Origin: an uncultured archaeon
GTDB lineage: Archaea; Asgardarchaeota; Thorarchaeia; Thorarchaeales; Thorarchaeaceae
DNA length: 64,000 bases
Reading direction: 5' to 3'
Assembly: GCA_964458565.1 (NCBI GenBank)
Contig: CAYWJO010000010.1
Location: forward strand, 20,473 to 84,472
This document shows, one piece after another, positions 29,450 through 38,672 of the stretch. Positions within the stretch are counted from its first letter, which is position 1; every line of letters begins with the position of its first letter. The notes under the pieces were generated by a model. The model made no database searches and had not been told where the DNA came from. It was given only the letters and a program-made list of their open reading frames with translations. A program made the position numbers and the translations under genes.

Positions 29450-30168
29450 ATCATAACCTCCTGTATCTCCAGGTTTCTTTGATATCCCACAATATACGGG
29501 AGTGGTTCGAGAGATTCGAGCCATTCAATGAATTCACGCACTACTTTCCTTGAGTACTGCCTTGTAGAGAGTAGAGACCTGAGAACAGATGTTGACACTC
29601 CAATCAGGTGATTTAGTGCTACATACCGCGCCTCATCTGGAATTGACTGATACCAGTCCATGGTCACATAACCGGATTCACCCGCAAGATACTCAGGCCA
29701 CTCAAATGACCACTCACCATCTATTGGTTCATGATTTAGAGCATCTAGCATTATTTCCAACCATGAGTTCCACTTTAAGATGGCAGAACATACCTTCCTT
29801 GATAGTTCCCCCATGGTCTCAGACTCAAAGATCAAGGTAATCCTACCTGGACCACAGTCTGAGACCGCTCCATCAACTATACCCAGTTTCTTCCCAGATG
29901 TAAGAAGCGACAATCCAGTCACAAACCCTGGAATATCACAGGGCATATGTGATGATACATCGAAGTCTACGAATCTCTCGAAGGACTCCAGAATACTACT
30001 TCTTAGCCCTACCACAAGCTTCAATCTCGGACCGATATCCAATTCCGCGGACAATAAAATCCGGTCCGAATTAGTAACTAGGCTCTGGAGATAAAATGTA
30101 ACTTCCTTCGGTTCACACTGAAGGTCAGATTCGATCCAATCAGGCCAGAGCTTTGACTGTTTGTGCAC
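29446..30168 (-). CDS. Hypothetical protein, first gene of the operon
   Basis: 240-aa ORF with AGGTGA RBS before the GTG start. Confidence 0.7.
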   Translation of the reverse strand: MHKQSKLWPDWIESDLQCEPKEVTFYLQSLVTNSDRILLSAELDIGPRLKLVVGLRSSILESFERFVDFDVSSHMPCDIPGFVTGLSLLTSGKKLGIVDGAVSDCGPGRITLIFESETMGELSRKVCSAILKWNSWLEIMLDALNHEPIDGEWSFEWPEYLAGESGYVTMDWYQSIPDEARYVALNHLIGVSTSVLRSLLSTRQYSRKVVREFIEWLESLEPLPYIVGYQRNLEIQEVMI

Positions 30169-30294
30169 TCAGTTTCACCTTGGCTAGTACCACCTCGTTC
30201 AGGGGTTTAGCCTTGTCTAGAAGTGGGGATAATAGATATAACCGATATAAAATGAAAAATTGATGCTAATAGAACCCCCTAAACACTTTATGAA

Positions 30295-30324
30295 GGTTAT
30301 AAATCCCTTTGATTTGTTATAACA
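30295..30324 (-). promoter_or_regulatory. Putative BRE/TATA promoter of the recombination operon with adjacent palindrome
   Basis: Minus strand AAAGGGA-TTTATAA; perfect palindrome TGTTATAACA at 30315-30324. Confidence 0.4.
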
Positions 30325-30401
30325 TTATCATAGACGAGTTATGATTTGTTTTTTGTTCAGGAAGCAAACCCCTTTACCATGAGAGAATGCAAATTTCTCT
30401 C

Positions 30402-32753
30402 CTAGACCCCGCCTCGCTTCTTTAACATTATATCTCTTGCTTCACTATACATGAGATCTGAGAGAACCGTGAACATATCAGCGACACCCTCACCTGTCTT
30501 TGCACTGCTCTCCATATAGAGAAAGCCATTGCTCTCTGCCCAATCACGAGCTTCCTGCGCGGAAATCATACGGTCTGGTAAATCGGTTTTATTACCTACA
30601 ACAATTATTGGGACACGATGGCCAACAGATTCATCAGCTTCTTCAACCCACTTAACCAGTTCAGCAAATGACCTTCGTCGTGTAACATCAAATACCAGAA
30701 TAACACCTGCGGCTCCAGAATAGTACATCTTTCTCACAGCCTGGAAACGAGCCTGACCTGCTACGTCCCAAACTTGGAGTTTTATCCCGACTGAGTTATC
30801 CTGATCTTCGGGGGATATATGAGTAAGCTTGACTGCGAATTGAGAGCCAATAGTAGTCTTATAATCACGCTCGAAAGTTCCAGTGACATATCGATTTACA
30901 AGCGTGGTCTTCCCAACTGCACCCTCTCCCGTGATCATGCACTTGAATAAGAACATGTAGGCATCATCACTAAGATCAGGATGTTTAGGCTTCTTAGGAC
31001 GACTACGAATCTCTTCAATTTTGGCACTCTCAACACTCTCATGCTCATAGACTGGAGGTTCAATAACTGCAGAATCTAATGAAACATCAGAAACAGAATC
31101 TGGAATAATATCAGTAGCTGGTGGTGCTGTTACCATTGGTGCAATATCTTCCTCCTCAGGGAGTGTATGATGACTAATGATTTCACTTGAACTAAAGAGG
31201 TCATCCAGAAGTCTTTCAGCTTCACGTAGAGTTTCGGTTGTCTTATCATCAGTCGGAGCGGCAACTTGTTCAGTCGAAGAGGAGAGTGTTGAAGTTGCAT
31301 CAACTGAAGTTTCCTTTGCTGGAGCAAATAGCGGGGCTACGGTGTCCTCTTGGTCATCCGCCCTGAAGCTTACTGGAGCAAGATGTGCAGGTGCAGCAGT
31401 GGTATGGCCCTCTTGCACGAGTATCGCAGTCTCAGGAGTTGTGACTTGTTTAACAATTCCTTCTTCATCAGTCCACATCAATACAATGGGGCGAATAATG
31501 ACTGTACCCTCTTCCTTTGGTGTAAGCTCAATCTCTATACTCTTCTGTTCACTAGGTCCCAAGTCAAATTTAATCTGCTCTGGTACAACATTCATGTTGT
31601 CCTTCGGAAACCAGTATATCTTCCCGGTCACTCCAGAAACTGGTTCCTCAGTCACGTTTCTGAGTGTGAGCCTTCCTCGGAGATTGGACCCTGCTTTAGC
31701 TTCTTGGCTAACATCAAATTTAGGAATGACATGGTAGAGCCCTTGGATTACCTTGAGGGGACCTCCAGAGACACCGACGAGAACCTCCTTGCGGTCATCG
31801 CCGCCAGCGTCACCTACACTTATCGAGAGAATCTTCGATCCTACATCGACAGTTGCAAGTTGCTTCAAGTCAGCCATATACATATTGTAGTAGATTACCT
31901 TATAATCTGATGTGGCAACGATGATCTCGTCCATGTGATCCGCATTGACTTCTGCCATTCGTACAAACTGCGCATTAATTCCTTCAATCTTCGTGAAAAG
32001 GTCAAGTCTGCTTTCTTCATTCCTGAAGATTCGAACAGTCCCATCATTGGTTACTACTGCCAGCTCAGACTTACGGTCTCCAAGAACATCACCAGCACCA
32101 ATAGAGATGACTGGACTTGGCAACGTGATTACTTGAACTTCGTCAACGCTGGAGTTCTTAACTTTGAAAACTCTAAGTGTCTTGTCGCGGTTTCCTGTAA
32201 CTATCTCGTCTACTTCATCACCAATTGTGTCACATGTACCGATAGTTATTGGCATGTCATCAAGTTTGTGCCTGATATACTCTGTAATCGTGTTTTGGTT
32301 ATCCATTTTGAAAATCCGGAGTGTAGAGTCACTTCCACCAGCAAGAATCTCGTTTTTCCCATCACCTGTGATATCAGTCACCTGTACCGTTGTGACGAAT
32401 CTGTCAACGGGGTATTCACCAAGTAATTCAAACCGCCCACTCATAGCGTAGCGATACACCTGGAGTGTGCCATCAACGCCTGGAGATTCACTTCCTCCAA
32501 GACTGCGCCCAACGATTATTTCCATTTGACCGTCATTGTTAGCATCTTCGATTCTTATAGAAAGAATACTTCCCTCAAGTATACATTGTGCAAGCAAACG
32601 AATCTCGGCTTGATTGGCATCGTAAAGGCGTAGCACGCCATCCCTTCCACCTGTACACAATTCGGAGAGACCTGAACCAGTTACGTCGCCTACTGCAATC
32701 GCACTTGTGTTTAGGTCATCATCGACCTCAAAGAGTATTTTTGGTTTTACCAA
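30402..32753 (-). CDS. FG-GAP-repeat beta-propeller, beta-sandwich, acidic linker and Rab-like small GTPase fusion
   Basis: Seven (G)DxxGDxxxE-type repeats; GEGAVGKTT, YKTTIGSQF, KLQVWDVAGQ, YYSGA, NKTD, SAKTG. Confidence 0.9.
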   Translation of the reverse strand: MVKPKILFEVDDDLNTSAIAVGDVTGSGLSELCTGGRDGVLRLYDANQAEIRLLAQCILEGSILSIRIEDANNDGQMEIIVGRSLGGSESPGVDGTLQVYRYAMSGRFELLGEYPVDRFVTTVQVTDITGDGKNEILAGGSDSTLRIFKMDNQNTITEYIRHKLDDMPITIGTCDTIGDEVDEIVTGNRDKTLRVFKVKNSSVDEVQVITLPSPVISIGAGDVLGDRKSELAVVTNDGTVRIFRNEESRLDLFTKIEGINAQFVRMAEVNADHMDEIIVATSDYKVIYYNMYMADLKQLATVDVGSKILSISVGDAGGDDRKEVLVGVSGGPLKVIQGLYHVIPKFDVSQEAKAGSNLRGRLTLRNVTEEPVSGVTGKIYWFPKDNMNVVPEQIKFDLGPSEQKSIEIELTPKEEGTVIIRPIVLMWTDEEGIVKQVTTPETAILVQEGHTTAAPAHLAPVSFRADDQEDTVAPLFAPAKETSVDATSTLSSSTEQVAAPTDDKTTETLREAERLLDDLFSSSEIISHHTLPEEEDIAPMVTAPPATDIIPDSVSDVSLDSAVIEPPVYEHESVESAKIEEIRSRPKKPKHPDLSDDAYMFLFKCMITGEGAVGKTTLVNRYVTGTFERDYKTTIGSQFAVKLTHISPEDQDNSVGIKLQVWDVAGQARFQAVRKMYYSGAAGVILVFDVTRRRSFAELVKWVEEADESVGHRVPIIVVGNKTDLPDRMISAQEARDWAESNGFLYMESSAKTGEGVADMFTVLSDLMYSEARDIMLKKRGGV

Positions 32754-32934
32754 TTCAAGCTACCTTCCGTAAGCGATAGATTCACAGGTTGTTTTAGGAA
32801 TTTCAAGGTTCTTATACGCCTGTGTTATAGGAATAAATGAAAAAACTCTTTTTGAGTCTTATGCGCTCAATATCCTATGGTCTAAATGGCACATTATTTA
32901 ACATGAACTTTCGTGTGATATCGTAGGTGTCACA

Positions 32935-33714
32935 ATGTCCAAGCTTTCTGTTCGTAATCTCGTGAAATCCTTTGATAATGGAGAGGGTGCCAGGACAAAG
33001 GTGTTGGAAGGGATATCTTTTGATGTTCAGGAGGGCGAATTTCTGAGCATTTTAGGACCTTCTGGTTGTGGAAAAACCACACTCCTAAAAATCATAGCGG
33101 GTCTACTCGAACCTGATTCCGGAGAAATTCTGATTGATGACAAAAAAGTAGATGTTGGTCATAACAAAGTCGGATACATATTTCAACAAGAGTCATTGTT
33201 TCCCTGGAGAAGTGTAAGACAGAATATTGAATTTGGACTGCAGGTACAGCACACACCTCCTGAAACAAGAAAGAAGCTAGTTGACTCCATTTTAGAGCTT
33301 GTAGGGATGACAGATCTACAAGATAATCTACCCCATGAGATTTCCGGAGGTCAAGCAAGAAAAACTGAGATGGCTCGAAGTCTAGTCACATCACCAGAGA
33401 TACTAGTAGCAGATGAAGGCTTTTCAAATCTGGACGCACAGACAAGGAACTATCTCCAAGAAGAATTTCTCAGAGTGTGGAAAGAAACAGGATCTACAGT
33501 GGTCTTTGTTTCCCACAACGTTGATGAAACTGTGTTCATGTCAGATAGGATACTCGTACTTAGCAATATTCCAGCAAAAATCATTTCAGAATATGAGATT
33601 GATGTCTCGAGGCCAAGGGAGCGGGCTAGTGAGTCATGTCTTTCTTACCGAGCCAAGATTCTAGATGTTTTGAAAGTTGAACAAAGGAAAGCAATGGGAA
33701 CATATCAGGTTTAG
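32935..33714 (+). CDS. NitT/TauT-family ABC transporter ATP-binding protein
   Basis: GPSGCGKTT, YIFQQESLFPW, ISGGQ, ADEGFSNLD, VSHNVDE. Confidence 0.92.
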   Translation: MSKLSVRNLVKSFDNGEGARTKVLEGISFDVQEGEFLSILGPSGCGKTTLLKIIAGLLEPDSGEILIDDKKVDVGHNKVGYIFQQESLFPWRSVRQNIEFGLQVQHTPPETRKKLVDSILELVGMTDLQDNLPHEISGGQARKTEMARSLVTSPEILVADEGFSNLDAQTRNYLQEEFLRVWKETGSTVVFVSHNVDETVFMSDRILVLSNIPAKIISEYEIDVSRPRERASESCLSYRAKILDVLKVEQRKAMGTYQV

Positions 33715-34562
33715 ATCGATACAGCTTGTCTCCAATCAGTGAGTGAGCGTTCGATGAGCAGAAAGATGTAGCTTACAACAAATCCGACTACACCAATGAT
33801 TAGCATGGCACAGATTGTTTCCGCAGTTCGTCCCAATTGTTCCGTAACAAGAACGAGGTGACCTAGTCCTAAACCACCACCAATCATCTCAGCTGCAACC
33901 AAACACATCCAGCCTATTCCAAAACCTACTCGAAGGCCAACAAAAATTTCAGGACTGGCGGAGGGAATAACGATAGAGGCCAGGATTTGCCGCTCATTGG
34001 CTCCAAAAGTATGTGCTACATCGATGTGTACAGGCTCAGTTCGCTTTACACCAGCTGTTGTATTGATTAGAATAGGAAAGAACGCACCGATCCAGATGAT
34101 GAAAACCTGCGAACCCAAAAAATTAGCTTGGAACATTAGAATTGAAATTGGTATCCAAGCAATTGGAGGTATTGGCCGCATAGCTTCAACAACTGGTCCT
34201 AAGATTCCATCAACTAACCTGTAACGTCCTATTGCAATACCAAGGGGGATAGCTGTAATAGCGGCGATCACAAAACCAAGTGTTACTCGAAACATACTCA
34301 ATGAAGTATGTTCTAGTAAGGTCCGTCCTTCTGTATCACCCTCGATAGCTAGCTTGGCAAAAGCCTCAGCTATATCGAAAATGGTTATCGGTGATTGTAG
34401 GTGACGACTTGCAACATAAGCAATTAACTGCCACAATGTAATCAATATAATGACTGGCAGAATATATCGAGTGATAATTCGCTTGAGACGTTCAGTATCT
34501 CTTTCTCGGTTGTGAGACTCTTTTTGGGTACTAGGTTCTTCAGTCATTATCATGGACTTCAA
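33711..34562 (-). CDS. NitT/TauT-family ABC transporter permease
   Basis: RPIPPIAWIP, FFPILINT..GV, EAA-like loop, WMCLVAAEM. Confidence 0.92.
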   Translation of the reverse strand: MKSMIMTEEPSTQKESHNRERDTERLKRIITRYILPVIILITLWQLIAYVASRHLQSPITIFDIAEAFAKLAIEGDTEGRTLLEHTSLSMFRVTLGFVIAAITAIPLGIAIGRYRLVDGILGPVVEAMRPIPPIAWIPISILMFQANFLGSQVFIIWIGAFFPILINTTAGVKRTEPVHIDVAHTFGANERQILASIVIPSASPEIFVGLRVGFGIGWMCLVAAEMIGGGLGLGHLVLVTEQLGRTAETICAMLIIGVVGFVVSYIFLLIERSLTDWRQAVSI

Positions 34563-34606
34563 CTGAGCCCTCGTAAACTTACTTTTGTCTTTTTTCGTCT
34601 ATGTGA

Positions 34607-35599
34607 TTAGCATGAACATGTTGCGATAAGATAGGTTTCATCTAAGAAAACATCAAGAAAAGCATCCATGTCGGAAAGCTCCATTTCAACAAGCTCTTCT
34701 TCAATCAAGAATTGAAGATACATCCGAATGCCTGTTCGGTTTAAAATAGGATTGTAGATAATCCGGTTGAAAGCTGTTTCTACGGTGCTTTCATCCATGC
34801 CTAGCCAATCAGTAGCAATCTGAATTGATTCATTGGGGTGTGTTACAATCCATTCCTCTGCTCGCTGATGAATCTGCATTACCTTTTGAACCGTAACTGG
34901 TTTAGACTCAAGAAATGCATTTGATGAAGCTACAACACAACAAGGATGCCCAGGCCATATTTCACCAGAAAGGAGTAAAGGAACAGCTAACCCTTCAGCT
35001 TCAGCTCTTGAGGGAAATGGTTCCCAGGCGATGAATGCTGGTGCATTATCTGTGAGTGATATAGCCATGTTTTGAGGGCTTCTTTGTTCAGGATTTACAT
35101 CTTCAATGGTCAATCCCGCTTGATTGAGTGCAAGGCGAAGTAGGAAATTCTGTACTGTGGATGGACCAGGGTGATAGATAGTCTTGCCAACCAAATCGGA
35201 TACATCAGTTATGATTCCGTCATCAAAGAGGTCTTTCTTCACCATTAATGCGGACCCTTCAAAATTTACAGCTGCAAGAATAGTGACAGGTATTTCGGAA
35301 TTGATACCCAATGTCAAAGCAGGCGCAGCTCCAAGATACCCCATATCAATTTGATTAGCCTGGAAACCCCGCATTTCTTCAGCACCGTTGCCATATTCGA
35401 TCAATTGGACACTTAGGTTAACATCATCGAACCAGCCTTTATCTTTAGCAACCTTCAAAGCCAATTGATGAAGGTCCTGTGAGAGATATCCTATTCTAAC
35501 ATCAGGCGGCTCTGTATTGAAAGCAATAAAACCTGCAACAGCAAATGCCGCTACTCCCATAACAAGGACCAAGACGATGGCAGTACTTCTACGATCCAA
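34607..35599 (-). CDS. NitT/TauT (SsuA/NMT1-like) ABC substrate-binding protein
   Basis: N-terminal TM, VRIGYL, IDMGYLGAAPA, AWEPF, HPCCVV. Confidence 0.9.
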   Translation of the reverse strand: MDRRSTAIVLVLVMGVAAFAVAGFIAFNTEPPDVRIGYLSQDLHQLALKVAKDKGWFDDVNLSVQLIEYGNGAEEMRGFQANQIDMGYLGAAPALTLGINSEIPVTILAAVNFEGSALMVKKDLFDDGIITDVSDLVGKTIYHPGPSTVQNFLLRLALNQAGLTIEDVNPEQRSPQNMAISLTDNAPAFIAWEPFPSRAEAEGLAVPLLLSGEIWPGHPCCVVASSNAFLESKPVTVQKVMQIHQRAEEWIVTHPNESIQIATDWLGMDESTVETAFNRIIYNPILNRTGIRMYLQFLIEEELVEMELSDMDAFLDVFLDETYLIATCSC

Positions 35600-35705
35600 A
35601 GCTAAGCTCTCCTTAATTATCGTTTATTCTAGGTCACATATGAGCTTTCACATAGGACCAACTTAAAACATAGCATTGAAAAGACAGAAAGAGAAAATTG
35701 TAAGT

Positions 35706-36080
35706 ATGTCGCTTCGTGATAGAATACCAGACCAACTTAGACTTACAGATGCGATAATTAGCTTCACTATGGATGAGGACGTTGCCGTCTATCAGACAGG
35801 TGATTATATCCTTGTCGAAGTTTCACCAAAAGTAGGTAGAATCAATATACCAAAAATAGCAGAAACAATAATGGGACTAGTAAAGAAGGATAGAAGAATG
35901 GTTGCACTTCGCGGGTATGGATTCAAAGGTATAGGTCTCTCAGTTCGAATAGCACACGAAATGAAAAAGAGAGAAGAAAGATTCGTCTATCAGATGACGT
36001 TTGATACTTTTGAAGCTACAGATAGTACTGATGAGCGTCCTCAAACGAGTGTGCAAATAATTGTAATGCCACCAGAATAG
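35706..36080 (+). CDS. Divergent Alba-fold nucleic-acid-binding protein
   Basis: MVALRGYGFKGIGLSVRIAHEMKKR and TSVQIIV align by eye with the Alba motifs IVIKARGRAISKAVD and VSTIEI. Confidence 0.55.
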   Translation: MSLRDRIPDQLRLTDAIISFTMDEDVAVYQTGDYILVEVSPKVGRINIPKIAETIMGLVKKDRRMVALRGYGFKGIGLSVRIAHEMKKREERFVYQMTFDTFEATDSTDERPQTSVQIIVMPPE

Positions 36081-36094
36081 AACCCCACAACAAC

Positions 36095-36688
36095 ATGCGG
36101 GATAAAAGAATGACATCATATACTAGAATTCAAACAAAAATATCAAAAACAAAGTTTCCAGAAATTTGTCCAGTATGCCTTCAGGAAGTAGAAGACATAG
36201 TTTCTGTAACAATTCAAGATGAAAAATGGAGTGGATCACATATCTATGGCTTTTGGGGAAGAGCTCCAGCAGGAGGTTTAGCCATTCCTGTACAAGAAGG
36301 GAAAGCTGTAACATTCTGGATACCAACATGTCTGCTTCATGGTAGTGACACTGTCAGAACGAGTAAGACGCGATTGGTGACTGTGATTGCTTTTTTTCTA
36401 TTGTTCTATCCTTTATTGTACATGGCACTACAAATCAATGTGGAATTGTCCTACGGCAGGTCAATTAATGATGAAATCACGTGGTTAATCATCCTCGTAA
36501 GTGGTCTAATCATCTCCATTCTGTATGGATATTTTCCAAGAGCCCTTGAAAGAGCAGTATCATTTGAGAATGTCGATCTTGTCAGGGATGTAGTTGTACT
36601 TAGATTTAGCAATCACGAATATGCCAAACTTTTTCTTCAATTGAATGAAATGTATACATCTGACTTAGATAATGTCGAGAAACGCTGA
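36095..36688 (+). CDS. Two-TM membrane protein with probable Zn site
   Basis: FPEICPVC...IPTCLLH followed by two TM helices. Confidence 0.7.
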   Translation: MRDKRMTSYTRIQTKISKTKFPEICPVCLQEVEDIVSVTIQDEKWSGSHIYGFWGRAPAGGLAIPVQEGKAVTFWIPTCLLHGSDTVRTSKTRLVTVIAFFLLFYPLLYMALQINVELSYGRSINDEITWLIILVSGLIISILYGYFPRALERAVSFENVDLVRDVVVLRFSNHEYAKLFLQLNEMYTSDLDNVEKR

Positions 36689-36777
36689 TGAGAATCGATA
36701 TGCTTGATTCATAAAGTATTAAGTGATATTAAGAAACTTAATTTTACGACTCAAAACTCAAGGCAGGTTTAACCGGA

Positions 36778-37986
36778 TTGAAGAAAATTGCGAGTGTCTT
36801 CATAGGACTTATGTTCATCATTATCTTGATTCCTTCAAATAATGTCGCAGCTCAAAGTACTCAAGATATTTTTCCTGTTCAACCTCAATCCGTGTATACA
36901 GATAGCGAACCTATTGTAATCTCCAATAATTTGGATTTCGTCACTCAAAATTGGACTGGTAGTGGAACCCAAGTAGATCCCTATACAATTTCAGGACTGA
37001 ACATCTCAAATACCCAATTTTGCATAACTGTTTCAGATACAACTGATTGGTTTGTAATCCGAGATTGCTATCTTAAGTCGAATAGCAGTTCTGGAGCCAC
37101 GGTCTATCTAAACAATGTCACACATGGCAGAATTCAAGATTCATTCGTTGGAGGAGAAATGACTGGGTTCTACCTTTACAACACGGACACATGCTTCCTT
37201 CGCAGGAATAGCGTTCGTGGGTTAATGGTGGGTGTACTCCTCCAGAGTGCAATTAGATGCAATGTCAGAGAGAGTCTTGTTTATCGTTGCGAAGTAGGTA
37301 TTAGACTTGATAATTCATTCGAGTGCAACATTATTGAAAACAGAGTTTATGCTAATTCAGAAACAGGAATTGTTGCAACAAGATTCACTAGGGAAAACGT
37401 GTTCTATGAAAATTATATTGGCTTTAATGCCGTAAAGTATGTTCAAGGTCAGTATGTGGAGGGGAATGCGATCGACCAAGGTATTCTGAATGCGTGGGAT
37501 GATGGTAGTGGGAGAGGAAATAATTGGTCAGATTATGTTACTAATCAGACATATCAAATACCTGGTTTAACCGAGTCTTTGGATCAATATCCCTCATTGC
37601 TGGATGTAAGAAAAAATCCCTCTTTGTCAGGCACCTCAAATCTTGTTTTTATTACAGGCTCAATCGGGCATCTTGTCCAATGGAATGCTTCAGATTTTCT
37701 ACCGGTATCCTATCAGATGTACCTCAATAATCGGTTGATCAAACAGGGGTGGTGGGAGAACTCACAGTATACATTCAATGCAAGTTTGCTAATCACAGGG
37801 GTATACAACCTAACACTAGCAATATACAATGGCGCAGGAAATGTTTCACGAGATCAGGTCTTCATCAATGTACTTGAGGATGTCTTTAGTGAGATTGGTA
37901 CCGAATATGTGGTGTTAGCCTCTGGTCTTAGCCTGATTCTTGTATTCCTAGCCCTATACGTCATAAAGAGAGCCAAATTCGAATGA
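36778..37986 (+). CDS. NosD/CASH right-handed beta-helix surface protein with Ig-like domain and C-terminal anchor
   Basis: Signal peptide, GSGTQVDPYTISGL, G-I-x-L repeats, GNNWSDY, C-terminal TM. Confidence 0.8.
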   Translation: MKKIASVFIGLMFIIILIPSNNVAAQSTQDIFPVQPQSVYTDSEPIVISNNLDFVTQNWTGSGTQVDPYTISGLNISNTQFCITVSDTTDWFVIRDCYLKSNSSSGATVYLNNVTHGRIQDSFVGGEMTGFYLYNTDTCFLRRNSVRGLMVGVLLQSAIRCNVRESLVYRCEVGIRLDNSFECNIIENRVYANSETGIVATRFTRENVFYENYIGFNAVKYVQGQYVEGNAIDQGILNAWDDGSGRGNNWSDYVTNQTYQIPGLTESLDQYPSLLDVRKNPSLSGTSNLVFITGSIGHLVQWNASDFLPVSYQMYLNNRLIKQGWWENSQYTFNASLLITGVYNLTLAIYNGAGNVSRDQVFINVLEDVFSEIGTEYVVLASGLSLILVFLALYVIKRAKFE

Positions 37987-38096
37987 GAGCACAATAACGG
38001 ATTTCAACCTCTGAATTAGATGTGGGTCATGCCATTAAATACATAAGTCATAATCCAAGTGCTTCGCATGTTTCACCACGATAGGTGATAGTAACT

Positions 38097-38672
38097 ATGA
38101 CATTAGATTTCTCAAAGGGAATAACAGAATTCCGTTGGCATGGAAGAGGTGGCCAAGGAGTGGTTACGTCTAACCAAATGCTCGGAAAGGCAGCCCTAGA
38201 AGAAGGTTTCTACATCCAAGCATTTCCGGAGTTTGGGCCTGAGCGTACTGGAGCACCAGTACGTGCTTTTCTTAGAATGAGCAAAGAGCCCATCCAGATT
38301 TATGCACAGGTCTATCAACCAGATGTTGTGGTATGTATAGATCCGACACTATTGGATGTTGTCAACCCCGCAGAAGGTCTGAAAAAGGATGGAACGATGG
38401 TGCTCAATACACCGAAGAGCCCAAGCGATATCCGTAAGAAATTCGGATTTGAAACCGGTAAGGTCGTAACAGTGGATGCCACATCAATTGCACTGGAAGT
38501 ACTGGGCAGACCCTTCTATAATATGCCCACTCTTGCCGCAGCTGTAAAGGCAACTGAAGTTGTTAAGATTGATACCGTGATCAATGAAGTATTGACCAGA
38601 TATCCCGGAAAGGTTGGAAACCTCAACAAGGCAGCAATGGAAAGAGCCGTAAAGGAGGCAGTAATTGGATGA
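38097..38672 (+). CDS. porC: Pyruvate/2-ketoisovalerate:ferredoxin oxidoreductase gamma subunit
   Basis: EFRWHGRGGQGVVT, QAFPEFGPERTGAPV; AGGTGA RBS before ATG 38097. Confidence 0.92.
   Translation: MTLDFSKGITEFRWHGRGGQGVVTSNQMLGKAALEEGFYIQAFPEFGPERTGAPVRAFLRMSKEPIQIYAQVYQPDVVVCIDPTLLDVVNPAEGLKKDGTMVLNTPKSPSDIRKKFGFETGKVVTVDATSIALEVLGRPFYNMPTLAAAVKATEVVKIDTVINEVLTRYPGKVGNLNKAAMERAVKEAVIG

Noticed and set aside
14532-30168. Operon as a conjugative element, provirus or defence island
   Set aside because: No integrase, relaxase, capsid, att repeats or toxin/effector genes recognised; flanked by ordinary chromosomal genes.
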